Shown: piece after piece, positions 49,655-59,687 of the stretch
How the letters are laid out: the number at the start of each line of letters is the position of its first letter
How positions within the stretch are numbered: the first letter of the stretch is position 1
Assembly (NCBI GenBank): GCA_913020445.1
Contig: CAJWAR010000004.1
Location: 21,608 to 85,607, forward strand
Source: an uncultured Rhodospirillaceae bacterium
GTDB lineage: Bacteria > Pseudomonadota > Alphaproteobacteria > Rhodospirillales > UBA2165
Direction of reading: 5' to 3'
DNA length: 64,000 nucleotides
Position numbers and translations under genes: made by a program
Notes under the pieces: generated by a model
Database searches by the model: none
Told to the model about the DNA's origin: nothing
Seen by the model: only the letters and a program-made list of their open reading frames with translations

Positions 49655-49857
49655 AATAATTTTAACCTTAAAGCCTAATTTAGGTTTCTATATCCAAAAT
49701 CCTTCAGCGAAAATTATCATTCCATTTATTGTATCAAAAAATTGTTAATTTGCGGCGCTCAAGGGCGTCGGCACAATCCCAACATATTGTATTATGTCCG
49801 GCAACCATTTTGAATTTCTACATTTTCTTGTATCTCATTTGACGTTATCAAGTCATC

Positions 49858-49888
49858 AAAAAAAATGGGACCGAATGAACGGTCCCAT
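49858..49888 (-). terminator. Rho-independent terminator for the cNMP-binding protein gene
   Basis: On the minus strand, ATGGGACCG/CGGTCCCAT stem with a 6-nt loop, then U8. Confidence 0.75.
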
Positions 49889-50000
49889 TAAGTTTAGCCG
49901 ATGAGGTACTAAAGAAAGGAATGCGAGGTCCTTCGGCCAAAAGGCCATACCTCATCGAGCCCCAAAAAATCAATTCAGTTACGCATTGCCACCATTTTCA

Positions 50001-50519
50001 TTAACAAAGCTTCGCTTCAAATATTTCTAACTTGCGGGAAAGGCATTCACTTATTGAGGTCCCGAACCGACCGGCAAAATAAGAACTAAGGCGTGCCAAC
50101 TTGGCGATAAACGAAAAATCAATCGTAAGCAGAACGGTCTCTTCTTCGGTTACAAAGCTGAACAATTCTCCTTCACCGTTAACAAATGCCGATTCACCAA
50201 AAATATCTCCAACGCCTAGAGACGTGATCTCAGAATCATTGCACGTCATGGCAACCGATCCTTCCACAATAATATAAAGCTGATGAGACAAATATCCGGC
50301 TTCAAGAACGATTTCACCGGCTTCGATTTCCCACGAATCAGCTAATACCAGGAGTGATTCTTTTTCACGTTGATTTAGATTTTTAAAAGATGAACGATAA
50401 TGATGGATAAAATTTTCATTCATCAATGCACCGGAAAGAATGGGATCAACGGCCGCAAAAGAAAAATTATTTCTCGATGCAAAAATAGGAAAATCTGCTT
50501 TGCTCGCCAGATAAATCAT
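50001..50519 (-). CDS. Cyclic-nucleotide-binding domain protein
   Basis: CNB core EAGEIVLEAGYLSHQLYIIVEGSV...GDIFGESAF. The start may be the internal ATG 50423 (MNENF). Confidence 0.7.
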   Translation of the reverse strand: MIYLASKADFPIFASRNNFSFAAVDPILSGALMNENFIHHYRSSFKNLNQREKESLLVLADSWEIEAGEIVLEAGYLSHQLYIIVEGSVAMTCNDSEITSLGVGDIFGESAFVNGEGELFSFVTEEETVLLTIDFSFIAKLARLSSYFAGRFGTSISECLSRKLEIFEAKLC

Positions 50520-50722
50520 CGTCGCATTTATCCTTTTTTAAATTGGGGCATTAATTTTTGCTCTATGATTATTTTATAACTCACCGATATTTCCTGGAGA
50601 TATCTGGGATGTGAAAAATTTGTGAACACCTGTTACAAATATATCTGTTGCTGGTTCATTTCATCATGTACAGTTTTAGAACTGCCGATTTTTGAGTGCC
50701 ATTAAGGTAAGGAGAGAATTGT

Positions 50723-51430
50723 ATGGCCGAGCACCTGCTCGTTGTCGAAGACGATGAATTGGTCCAGGCTCTATTGGCGGCTTACCTCAAGGCGGAAGGC
50801 TTTAAAGTAAGCTATGCGGGAACCGGTAAGGAAATGCTGGCTATTCTAAACACGGAATCCATTGATTTAATATTGCTCGATCTCGGTCTGCCGGATGAAG
50901 ATGGCTTGACTTTAACCCGTCAAGTCCGCGCCCGCTCATCACTCCCCATTGTCGTCATCACCGCTCGCAAGGGCCGCGAGGATCGGCTGGCCGCACTTGA
51001 ACTGGGGGCCGATGATTATTTGACCAAGCCGTTCGATCCCGAAGAACTGGTATTGCGAGTTCACAATTTATTAGGCCGCATCCGAGGTGATACCAGCAGT
51101 GAAGTCATCGCCAGAGATAACAACGCCATCGAATTTGACGGCTGGAAAATCGATATCAATGGGCGGACGATAACCGATCCGGGCGGCGATGATATTTCGC
51201 TAACCAACGCCGAGTTCAATTTGTTTGCAGCTCTCGCCAAAGCGCCAAACCGTGTATTAAGCAGGGACTTTTTGCTCGATGCGGTCAGCCGGGATGATGA
51301 CGCGCCTTCCGACCGCCTGATTGATGTATTGGTCAGCCGGGTGCGCAAGAAAATCGAAGCCGAGCCGAAGAAGCCCAAACTCATCGTCACCGTGCCGGGC
51401 TGCGGCTATAAATTCAGCAGCGCACCCTGA
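50723..51430 (+). CDS. OmpR-family response regulator (REC plus winged helix)
   Basis: LLVVEDDE, DLILLDLGLPDEDG, and C-terminal VLVSRVRKKIE...TVPGCGYKF. Confidence 0.9.
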   Translation: MAEHLLVVEDDELVQALLAAYLKAEGFKVSYAGTGKEMLAILNTESIDLILLDLGLPDEDGLTLTRQVRARSSLPIVVITARKGREDRLAALELGADDYLTKPFDPEELVLRVHNLLGRIRGDTSSEVIARDNNAIEFDGWKIDINGRTITDPGGDDISLTNAEFNLFAALAKAPNRVLSRDFLLDAVSRDDDAPSDRLIDVLVSRVRKKIEAEPKKPKLIVTVPGCGYKFSSAP

Positions 51431-51505
51431 CAACTGTTGCAAAAACCACACATATTTTAAATTAAGTGCCAGGCACCTAATTAACCAGGCACCTAATTAA
51501 CTATT

Positions 51506-52435
51506 TTAAAAAGCGACTTGATCACCACCTTTGAGGGCCAGGCGTTCGCGGGCTTCAGTCGGTGTCGCCACCTCAAGCGATAAATCTTCAACAATCCGCC
51601 TAATTTTAGTTACCTGTTCGGCGTTAGATTTGGCCAATTTGCCTTTGCCGATGTAAAGCGAGTCTTCGAGCCCGACCCGCACATTGCCGCCCAAGATAGC
51701 GCCGGTGGTGACAAAGCTCATCTGGTGGCGTCCGGCGGCCAATATCGACCATTCGTAGTTTTCCTCGCCAAAGAGTTTATTGGCCATCCGGCGCATGTGC
51801 ATAAGGTTTTCGATATCAGCGCCAATTCCGCCGAGAATACCGAAAATAGTTTGCACGAAAAACGGCGGTTTAACCAAGCCGCGATCGACAAAATGGGCAA
51901 GATTATAAAGATGCCCCATGTCGTAGCATTCGAATTCGAAGCGCACGCCATGACCTTCACCAAGCTCCTTCAACACCCATTCGATATCTTTAAAGGTATT
52001 ACGGAAAATAAAGTCCCGGGTCATTTCGAGATATGCCGGCTCCCATTTGTGTTTCCAGTCAAACGGTTTATCGAGGATCGGAAAGAGGCCAAAATTCATT
52101 GAGCCCATATTAAGCGAGGTCATTTCAGGACTCGCCCGTAACGCTCCCTCGCAGCGTTCCTCCAATGTCATACCGTGACCTCCGCCGGTCGTTATATTTA
52201 CTACCGCGTCGGTCGATTGTTTGATGCGCGGCAGAAACTCCAAGAAAGTATCAGCCGACGGAGTTGGGCTGCCGTCTTCATTGCGCGCATGGAGATGGAG
52301 AATGGAAGCGCCGGCTTCGGCTGCCGCAATAGCGCCTTCAGCAACTTCATTAGGTGAGATCGGTAAATATTCCGACATCGTTGGCGTGTGGATCGAGCCG
52401 GTGACAGCACAAGTGATAATGACGCTTTTAGCCAT
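51506..52435 (-). CDS. BKACE family enzyme (3-keto-5-aminohexanoate cleavage enzyme-like, DUF849)
   Basis: N-terminal VIITCAVTGSIHTP...ASILHLHARNEDG. Confidence 0.75.
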   Translation of the reverse strand: MAKSVIITCAVTGSIHTPTMSEYLPISPNEVAEGAIAAAEAGASILHLHARNEDGSPTPSADTFLEFLPRIKQSTDAVVNITTGGGHGMTLEERCEGALRASPEMTSLNMGSMNFGLFPILDKPFDWKHKWEPAYLEMTRDFIFRNTFKDIEWVLKELGEGHGVRFEFECYDMGHLYNLAHFVDRGLVKPPFFVQTIFGILGGIGADIENLMHMRRMANKLFGEENYEWSILAAGRHQMSFVTTGAILGGNVRVGLEDSLYIGKGKLAKSNAEQVTKIRRIVEDLSLEVATPTEARERLALKGGDQVAF

Positions 52436-52449
52436 GATTTAAGTCTCCC

Positions 52450-53226
52450 CTATTCATCAAAAATGGCGACGGCGCGGGTCCAGCCCGCTGAGGCGCCTCT
52501 GATTTTTACCGGAAAGCACGCGATCTCGAAGCCGCTTGGCGGCAGTGCTTCCAGATTGTGCAGTTTTTCCAAATGACAATAACCAATTTCGCGTCCGGCT
52601 TTATGGCCTTCCCATATCAAATCGGCATTACCGGTTTCTGAAAACTTTCCACTGGTATGGACAAAAGGTGCGTCCCAACTCCAAGCATCAGTTCCGGTGA
52701 CGCGGACGCCCCGTTCTAATAGATAAAGTGTTGCCTCCCGCCCCATGCCGCAACCGGATGAGACATAATGATCAGTTCCATAAGCTTTGCCCGCCGCGGT
52801 GTTGATGACGACAATTTCCAACTCTTGTAAGTCATGGCCGATGCGATCCAATTCTTTTTCAACATCATTAGCAGTTACAACATAACCGTCATCCAAGCTG
52901 CTAAAATCGAGTTTAACGCCGGGATTGAAACACCACTCAAGCGGCACCTCGTCAATCGTGATGGCCCGCTCACCTTTATTCATCGTCGAGTGAAAATGAT
53001 AGGGTGCGTCCAGATGGGTGCCGTTGTGAGTGACCAGATTTATTTTCTCAATGGCCCAGCCTTCCCCCTCGGGCAAATCTTCCACGGTGAGGCCGGGAAA
53101 ATAGCCAACCACATCCGAGGCCGTATCCTGATGGGTGAAATATTCGATCTCGGGCCCAAAACCGGGCGGGTCCGAGACCACATCATTCTCCAAATGCATG
53201 GAAATATCGACCAATCGCCGGGCCAT
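52450..53226 (-). CDS. Cyclase family protein (arylformamidase/kynurenine formamidase-like)
   Basis: [12 protein letters not shown] metal-binding motif. Confidence 0.75.
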   Translation of the reverse strand: MARRLVDISMHLENDVVSDPPGFGPEIEYFTHQDTASDVVGYFPGLTVEDLPEGEGWAIEKINLVTHNGTHLDAPYHFHSTMNKGERAITIDEVPLEWCFNPGVKLDFSSLDDGYVVTANDVEKELDRIGHDLQELEIVVINTAAGKAYGTDHYVSSGCGMGREATLYLLERGVRVTGTDAWSWDAPFVHTSGKFSETGNADLIWEGHKAGREIGYCHLEKLHNLEALPPSGFEIACFPVKIRGASAGWTRAVAIFDE

Positions 53227-53237
53227 CGATTTACACT

Positions 53238-54287
53238 TTATTTAATGGCTTGTGGATTAATCGGCGAGCCGGTACCGCGCGTGATCACCAGCGGCGGCGC
53301 ACAGAGGAAAAACTCATACACACCATCCTTGGCGCAGTCTTTGACAAGCTCACGAAGATACCAAATTTCACCGTGGACGATACCGATATAGGGAATGGTC
53401 ACCCAGTGCCAGGGCTGGTTGGTGCCGTCGACGGTCTTGTTAGGCCGCACTTCGATGCCCCAGGTATCCGAGCAAATACCGGCAATTTCCTTTTCATGGA
53501 TCCAATCTACCGTTTCGAAAGCGAGGCCCGGCGCATCACCACCGCCATAACCACCCCAGTCGCCGCGGTCCAGGCAATCAGCCATTTGACCGGTATTAAC
53601 AATGACAAAATCACCGCGCCTGACTTCAACGCCTTGGGCTTTGGCCGTTCGGTTGAGATCATTAACGGTGATGCCATAGCCATCGGCCAGGCGGTCTTTC
53701 TTTTTGTAGCGCGCGACATCAAGCAGCACGCCGCGGCCAACCATTTTGTCGGCAAATTTTTCGATACCGTTTTTATGCGCACCGGTCGAGTCAACCAGCG
53801 CTGCATCATAGCCGTTCCACATCTTATCGCCGGCAAAGACATGGGCCAGCGCATCCCATTGACTGGCGGCCTGGGTTGGCAAATTGATAAAATCATCGGC
53901 ATAGCGGAGACCAACCGTTTTATCCTGACGGCCCGCTTTGGCGTCGGTACCGGTTGCCATCATATGATGCAGCGGATTCCAACGCCCGCCAAACAGGCCG
54001 TTCTGTGGGCCGTTTTCATCCAGGTTCAAACCAAGCCGGAATACTTTGCCTTTTTTGATCAGCTTGGCAGCTTCAACAATATCCTTTGGTTTGATGTAAT
54101 TGAGCACGCCCAATTCATCGTTCCTGCCCCACTTTCCCCAATTTGACAGCTGCTTGCCTTTGCGAACAACATCGGCCTTGGTCAGGCCTTTTTTCTTTTT
54201 GCGAGCGGGTGGTGTTTTTACTGCGGTTTTCTTGGCGGTTTTCTTGGCGGTTTTCTTGGCGGCTTTTTTGGCAGGTTTTTTGGCCAT
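53238..54287 (-). CDS. Divergent cyclase-family protein with a Lys/Ala-rich N-terminal tail
   Basis: ATG 54287 follows GGGAGA. The N-terminus reads [33 protein letters not shown]. The body is paralogous to the neighbouring cyclase, but the motif position reads [11 protein letters not shown]. Confidence 0.65.
   Translation of the reverse strand: MAKKPAKKAAKKTAKKTAKKTAVKTPPARKKKKGLTKADVVRKGKQLSNWGKWGRNDELGVLNYIKPKDIVEAAKLIKKGKVFRLGLNLDENGPQNGLFGGRWNPLHHMMATGTDAKAGRQDKTVGLRYADDFINLPTQAASQWDALAHVFAGDKMWNGYDAALVDSTGAHKNGIEKFADKMVGRGVLLDVARYKKKDRLADGYGITVNDLNRTAKAQGVEVRRGDFVIVNTGQMADCLDRGDWGGYGGGDAPGLAFETVDWIHEKEIAGICSDTWGIEVRPNKTVDGTNQPWHWVTIPYIGIVHGEIWYLRELVKDCAKDGVYEFFLCAPPLVITRGTGSPINPQAIK
54223..54282. 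repeat. 12-bp tandem repeat: 3 perfect and 2 degenerate units of GCGGTTTTCTTG
   Basis: Perfect units at 54223, 54235 and 54247. Degenerate units at 54259 and 54271. It encodes the (A/T)AKK repeats on the minus strand. Confidence 0.9.
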
Positions 54288-54486
54288 TTCAAAATCTCCC
54301 AGTGGAATAAATTGTTCAATAATTTCATTGAAACTTTTGCCGCAGTTTATGCCAGCGTCATTTAGCTGTCGAGACTTAATGAGCAAATGCTTACTTGTGG
54401 CGCCTAACTGATTGGTGCGTGCCTTGCCGTTGCTTGATAGTTGGTGTTTTATGACGCGCTCGAAACAATAATATGGACCCAACTGT

Positions 54487-55890
54487 ATGACAGACTGGAT
54501 GGACCGGCCGCTTGCCGATATGGCCGAAGCACTACACAAAGGCAATGTGAGCGCCATTGAAATCGCCGAAACAGCGATTGCCCGCCACGACGCCTGGGAC
54601 AATCAGCTCACTGCCTATAAAATCTGGGATGCCGATAACGCGCTTGATCAAGCCAAAGCGGCTGATCACGCCTTGAAATCCGGTAATGACCTTGGGTCGT
54701 TGATAGGCATCCCCATTTCGGTCAAAGATATTTTCGGTGTTGAAGGTTTCCCGATTTTTGCCGGCTCGCCCAAGCAACTGCCAAGTGACTGGGAAAAGGA
54801 AGGCCCAGTCGTTAAAGCCGTGCGCCGCCAGCTCTGCGTGATCCCGGGCAAAACCCATACGGTTGAATTTGCCTTTGGCGGGCTCGGCATTAATCCCCAT
54901 TGGGTGACGCCTCGAAATCCGTGGGATGGCGAAAATCATCGCGCCCCCGGCGGTTCCAGTGCTGGTGCTGGCGTTAGCCTGTATGAAGGCTCGGCCATGG
55001 TTGCGTTCGGCACGGATACCGGCGGCTCGGTTCGCATTCCGGCGTCCCTAACCGGCAATATTGGCATCAAAACCTCAAAAGGCCGCTGGTCGACAGACGG
55101 TATTGTACCGCTGAGCTCAACTTTCGACACGCCGGGTATATTGACCAAATCGGTCGCCGATGCAGTCTTTGCTTTCGAAGCCATCGACGCCAAAAGCCGT
55201 CACAGCACAGCAAATATTGAGGCGGCAGATATAGGCGATATTAAACTCGGCGTCACCAAGGACTTTTTCTGGGACAAGTGCCAGGACGATATCGCCGCGG
55301 TCGTCGAAAACACCATTGCAGAACTATCGGGAGCCGGGATGAAGACTGCTAACGTCAGCCTGCCGGAAGCCCATGAGGCGGTCGAGGTAATGGCGGGCGG
55401 TATTATTGCCGCCTCTGAAGGTTATGAATTTCTCTCCAGTGAACTGCCGGAATGGCTGGCGACGTTGCACCCCTTTGTCGCCGCACGGATGAATACCGGC
55501 CGGGATTCATCGGCTTTCGATTATTTGACGGCGCTTCGCCGTGTGCAGCGTCTGTGGCAGCGCGCCGACGCTCAACTGGCCGATGTCGATGTGTTAGCAA
55601 CTCCGACAATTCCAATTACCCCGCCCATTATTGCTGAAGTCGAGGAAGCCGACGTCTATCGCAATACCAATATGATGACGCTGAGCAATACCATGGCCGG
55701 GAACTCGCTCAATTTGTGCGGCATCACCATTCCGGTGGGGCTGGATAAAGCGGGTATGCCGGTCGGTCTGCAATTGCTGTCGCGAATCCATAACGACGAA
55801 GCCTTACTGGCGGTTGCGTTGGCAGTCGAGGCGGTGATCGGCACGCCGGCGGAACGTTTAGGCTCACCACCCCTCGGCGGCAGTCTTTAA
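54487..55890 (+). CDS. Amidase-signature family amidase
   Basis: GGSSAGAG signature region. At 467 aa it is GatA-like in size. Confidence 0.85.
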   Translation: MTDWMDRPLADMAEALHKGNVSAIEIAETAIARHDAWDNQLTAYKIWDADNALDQAKAADHALKSGNDLGSLIGIPISVKDIFGVEGFPIFAGSPKQLPSDWEKEGPVVKAVRRQLCVIPGKTHTVEFAFGGLGINPHWVTPRNPWDGENHRAPGGSSAGAGVSLYEGSAMVAFGTDTGGSVRIPASLTGNIGIKTSKGRWSTDGIVPLSSTFDTPGILTKSVADAVFAFEAIDAKSRHSTANIEAADIGDIKLGVTKDFFWDKCQDDIAAVVENTIAELSGAGMKTANVSLPEAHEAVEVMAGGIIAASEGYEFLSSELPEWLATLHPFVAARMNTGRDSSAFDYLTALRRVQRLWQRADAQLADVDVLATPTIPITPPIIAEVEEADVYRNTNMMTLSNTMAGNSLNLCGITIPVGLDKAGMPVGLQLLSRIHNDEALLAVALAVEAVIGTPAERLGSPPLGGSL

Positions 55891-55944
55891 AAAGTTAACA
55901 AAACATAAGGTGCCAGGCACCATTCGAATTATTAAGGAATTCAG

Positions 55945-56835
55945 ATGTCGTTAAAAATAGGTATTGTCGGGCTCGGGATTATGGGCGGGTCATTCGCCAA
56001 AAACCTGTGGGAGGCTGGCTTTGAGGTTTGTGGCTTTGATATTGTCGACACAAATGTTGAGGCTTTGGTTGCGCTTGGTGGATCAGCCGCCTCGTCGCCT
56101 AAGGATGTCGCCGAACAATCCGATGTTGTCATCACGTCGCTGCCAAGCGTTGCCGCTTTTCATGCGGTGATGACGGGCGAGAATGGGCTTAAAGACGCTG
56201 CCAAAGACGGCTTGATCGTGATCGAATGCTCAACCCTCCCTATCGAAGACAAACAAGCCGCCCATGATGGCTTGAAAGAAGCCGGCACCATCCTGATGGA
56301 TTGCCCGATCAGCGGCACCGGTGCGCAAGCGGTCACTAAAGACCTCTCGGTTTATGTCAGCGGCGAAGAGTCGGCGCACGAAAAATGCCAGCTGGTCTTC
56401 GACGGCTTCGCCAGTTTAAATTTTTATGTCGGTGAGTTCGGCAACGGCAGCAAAATGAAATTCATCGCCAATCATTTGGTGCATATTCACAACGTCGCCT
56501 CCGCTGAAGCGATGGTGCTCGGCATGAAGGCCGGACTTGATCCTGAAATGATTTACAACGTGATCAAAGCCGGCGCCGGTAACTCGCGCATCTTTGAATT
56601 GCGCGGGCCAATGATGGTCGAGGACAATTACGACAACGCGACGATGAAAATGGATATCTGGCAAAAGGATATGAATGTGATCGGCGAGTTTGCCGCCAAC
56701 CTCGAATGCCCGACGCCGATGTTTACTGCCGGTATTGATATTTACCGTTCCGGCCTCGCCAAAGGCATGGATAAGCTGGATACGGCAGCTGTCTGCCGGG
56801 TGCTCGAACAGATGGCGGGATTAGAAAGAAAATAG
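55945..56835 (+). CDS. NAD(P)-dependent beta-hydroxyacid dehydrogenase (3-hydroxyisobutyrate dehydrogenase family)
   Basis: IGIVGLGIMGGSFAKNL Rossmann motif and family-typical length. Confidence 0.8.
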   Translation: MSLKIGIVGLGIMGGSFAKNLWEAGFEVCGFDIVDTNVEALVALGGSAASSPKDVAEQSDVVITSLPSVAAFHAVMTGENGLKDAAKDGLIVIECSTLPIEDKQAAHDGLKEAGTILMDCPISGTGAQAVTKDLSVYVSGEESAHEKCQLVFDGFASLNFYVGEFGNGSKMKFIANHLVHIHNVASAEAMVLGMKAGLDPEMIYNVIKAGAGNSRIFELRGPMMVEDNYDNATMKMDIWQKDMNVIGEFAANLECPTPMFTAGIDIYRSGLAKGMDKLDTAAVCRVLEQMAGLERK

Positions 56836-56849
56836 GGAGAGAAAATAGC

Positions 56850-57725
56850 ATGATCGAAACGCCGCGCGAACGCCTGCCCTATTCCGCCATTGTTGACCGG
56901 CCAAAATTGACCTTGCCGGATGGCGCCCGCATGGCGGTCTGGACGATCATGAATGCCGAACATTGGGACAGCACCAAAGCCCAACCCCGTACCATACTGC
57001 CGCCACCAATGGGGCAGCCATTGCTGCCGGACGTACCCAATTGGTCATGGCATGAATATGGCAACCGGGTCGGCTTCTGGCGCTTGGTCGATATGTTCAA
57101 AAACTATGGCGTTAAACCAACGCTGGCGATGAACGGCATTATCCTCGAAACCTATCCCCGCATCGCCGAGGTTGCCCTTGAAGGCGGCTGGGAGTTCATG
57201 GGGCATGGTTATATCCAGGGACCGATGCATAAATTGGAAGATCAGCGCGAGCACATTCAAAGCACCGTTGAGGCGATCAAGGATTTTACCGGCAGAGGTC
57301 CGGTTGGCTGGGAAAGCCCGGGCCTGACGGAAACCATGGAAACGCTCGATTTATTGTCCGAGTACGGCATTGAATATGTCGCCGATTGGCCGCTTGATGA
57401 TCAGCCGGTTGAGCTTAAAACCACCACCGGCAAGCAAATGTTCTCGGTGCCCTATCCTGTTGAGACCAACGATATTACGATGATGGCGCTGCAACAACAC
57501 TCGTCCGAAGAGTTTGCCAAGCGCTGTATCGATCACTTCGACCGGCTCTATGAAGACAGCGCCGACATCACCCGCATCATGGGGATCAGCATGCATACTT
57601 ATATTTCCGGCGTGCCCCACCGCTCCAAATATGTTGAACAGGTCTATGAACATATCACCAGCAAGCCGGATGTGCTGATCTGGACCGGCGAACAGGTGAT
57701 GGAGTGGTATAAGACACAAATATGA
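56850..57725 (+). CDS. Polysaccharide deacetylase family protein (PuuE-like)
   Basis: Family look (WHEYGNRVGFWRLVDMF, VKPTLAMNG). Confidence 0.6.
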   Translation: MIETPRERLPYSAIVDRPKLTLPDGARMAVWTIMNAEHWDSTKAQPRTILPPPMGQPLLPDVPNWSWHEYGNRVGFWRLVDMFKNYGVKPTLAMNGIILETYPRIAEVALEGGWEFMGHGYIQGPMHKLEDQREHIQSTVEAIKDFTGRGPVGWESPGLTETMETLDLLSEYGIEYVADWPLDDQPVELKTTTGKQMFSVPYPVETNDITMMALQQHSSEEFAKRCIDHFDRLYEDSADITRIMGISMHTYISGVPHRSKYVEQVYEHITSKPDVLIWTGEQVMEWYKTQI

Positions 57726-58408
57726 AAAAACTAGCTCTTTTCGTCGGCGTAATTCTCTGGCTGCCTTATGTGGTTCTTGCTCAAACGGCACCCTCGCCGG
57801 ATGAACTCACCAATTACAAAGGTCTTCATGCTGCCGCAGCCAAAGGCGATGTCGGCAAGATTAACTCCTTGGCAAAATCAGGTGCTGATCTAAATGCCCG
57901 AGATGGCTTTGGCCGAACCGCCCTCATGGTGGCAACCTATCAAAATCATCGCGATGCCGCGAAAGTCCTGATCCGAGCTGGCGCTGACGTTAACGCCCTC
58001 GATAGCGAGCGCTACGATATGATCACAATTGCTGCGGTCGCCAATAATCTGCCGATGATGAAGCTCGCAATTGCGTCTGGCGGCAATCCCAAATTAATGA
58101 CCAGCCCCTATGACGGCACGGCGCTGATCGCTGCCGCCCATCTCGGTCATGTCGAGGTGGTCCGGGAGTTGATCAGGACCGGTGCGCCGCTCAATCACAT
58201 TAACAATCTCAAATGGACCGCGCTGATCGAAGCGATTGTGTTAGGCGACGGCGGTAAAAACCATCAATTAATAGTCCAGGCTTTGATTGAAGCCGGTGCC
58301 GACGTCAATTTAACTGACGGCAATGGCACGACACCGCTCACCCTGGCCCGCACTCGAAATTTCACGGCAATGGTGAAAATGCTGGAAGCCGCTGGCGCAA
58401 AACCTTAA
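57722..58408 (+). CDS. Exported ankyrin-repeat protein
   Basis: Signal peptide ...YVVLAQ followed by 4-5 ANK repeats (G.TALM.A, LI.AGADVN). ATGA overlap with the upstream gene. Confidence 0.8.
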   Translation: MKKLALFVGVILWLPYVVLAQTAPSPDELTNYKGLHAAAAKGDVGKINSLAKSGADLNARDGFGRTALMVATYQNHRDAAKVLIRAGADVNALDSERYDMITIAAVANNLPMMKLAIASGGNPKLMTSPYDGTALIAAAHLGHVEVVRELIRTGAPLNHINNLKWTALIEAIVLGDGGKNHQLIVQALIEAGADVNLTDGNGTTPLTLARTRNFTAMVKMLEAAGAKP

Positions 58409-58443
58409 AAGCAACTCACAAAATTTACTCAGGAGAAAAATAA

Positions 58444-58743
58444 ATGGCTAATCTCGTTAACTTGGTGCACGTGGCTTGCGATGCGGATGTCCGGCAAGAA
58501 TTACTCGATAAATTATGGATCAATGTTCACAACGCCCGCGAAGAAGAACATTGCTACCAATTTGAAGTATCCGTATCTAACGACGACCCCAACGCCTTCA
58601 TCTTTTACGAAGTCTACAAAGACGAGGCGGCTCTCGCCTGGCACAAGGAACAGCAATATTTTCTCGACTATTTTGCAATCGTCGAAAAATTCGGCGACAA
58701 AGTTAACCGCAGCTTTAAAACCTATTGGGTCGAAGACAAATAG
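58444..58743 (+). CDS. Antibiotic-biosynthesis-monooxygenase (ABM) domain protein
   Basis: 99 aa with a YgiN-like pattern (FYEVYKDEAALAWHKEQQYF). Confidence 0.7.
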   Translation: MANLVNLVHVACDADVRQELLDKLWINVHNAREEEHCYQFEVSVSNDDPNAFIFYEVYKDEAALAWHKEQQYFLDYFAIVEKFGDKVNRSFKTYWVEDK

Positions 58744-58793
58744 TTAACCCAAAAGTTAACATTGTAATAAAGGTTCCAGGAACCTTTATTACA

Positions 58794-59687
58794 TTACTCG
58801 ACCAATTTGCGGTCGATGCCGGCGGCGGTTTCGATCGCTTTGCAAACAGCGGAAGTATCCAAGTGGCCGAGACCTTGCGCGATTGCGGAGTTAAACTTCT
58901 GCCACGCCGATACATAAAGATCTATCGGCGCCTTCACTTCCGCCGCATAAGACGTAATGATACTGGCATCTTTTTGATAGACAGCAAACATGGTGCCGCC
59001 GCCTTCCCGGTAATCGCTCTCTGACATCATTTTGCCGCGAATATCGAACATCTTTGAGCCACCGGCGCTTTCCTTGATCACCGAATAGATGAGAGCCGGA
59101 TCGAAGCCGGCTTTTTGGCCTAGGGTAAAGCATTCGGCTGCGGCAGCATTGTGAACATGGACGAGGTAGTTGGCTAAAATTTTCATGCGGCTGCCGTCGC
59201 CGACACCGCCGACATAGAAATTGCTCGCGGCAAAGCCTTCAAAAATAGAGACACATTCCTGGTAAGCCGCTTCATCGCCGCCAATATGAACAGACGCCAT
59301 GTCTTTGGCGAGCATCGGCGGCGTCGCGCTGATCGGCGCATCCAGCATATTTTTGTCGCTGACTTTTAGTTTTTCCGCCATGTCAATTTTTTGCTGCACC
59401 GTGAGGGTCGAGCATTCAACAACGATCTGTCCAGGTTTATCGGTTTGGTTTAGTTGCTCGACGACATTGTCGACCGCCGCAATAACTGGCAGGGACAAAA
59501 TAACGACATCTGCCTTTTCAGAAACTTCGGCAACGCTCTCAGCCGCCTCCAGACCAAATTCATCAAGGGCTGCGACACAATCCGGATTGAGATCATAGCC
59601 AACAACTTTAAACTGCTTTTTCAGTAAGTTCCCCGCGACATTGCCGCCCATTGGCCCCAAACCAATTACACCAACAGTAATGCTCAT
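58794..59687 (-). CDS. NAD(P)-dependent beta-hydroxyacid dehydrogenase (second paralogue)
   Basis: VGVIGLGPMGGNVAGNL. Start at ATG 59687. Confidence 0.8.
   Translation of the reverse strand: MSITVGVIGLGPMGGNVAGNLLKKQFKVVGYDLNPDCVAALDEFGLEAAESVAEVSEKADVVILSLPVIAAVDNVVEQLNQTDKPGQIVVECSTLTVQQKIDMAEKLKVSDKNMLDAPISATPPMLAKDMASVHIGGDEAAYQECVSIFEGFAASNFYVGGVGDGSRMKILANYLVHVHNAAAAECFTLGQKAGFDPALIYSVIKESAGGSKMFDIRGKMMSESDYREGGGTMFAVYQKDASIITSYAAEVKAPIDLYVSAWQKFNSAIAQGLGHLDTSAVCKAIETAAGIDRKLVE

Noticed and set aside
53250-54146. 298-aa plus-strand ORF
   Set aside because: It is antisense to the cyclase-family gene, which has clear family similarity to its neighbour. It is a shadow ORF.
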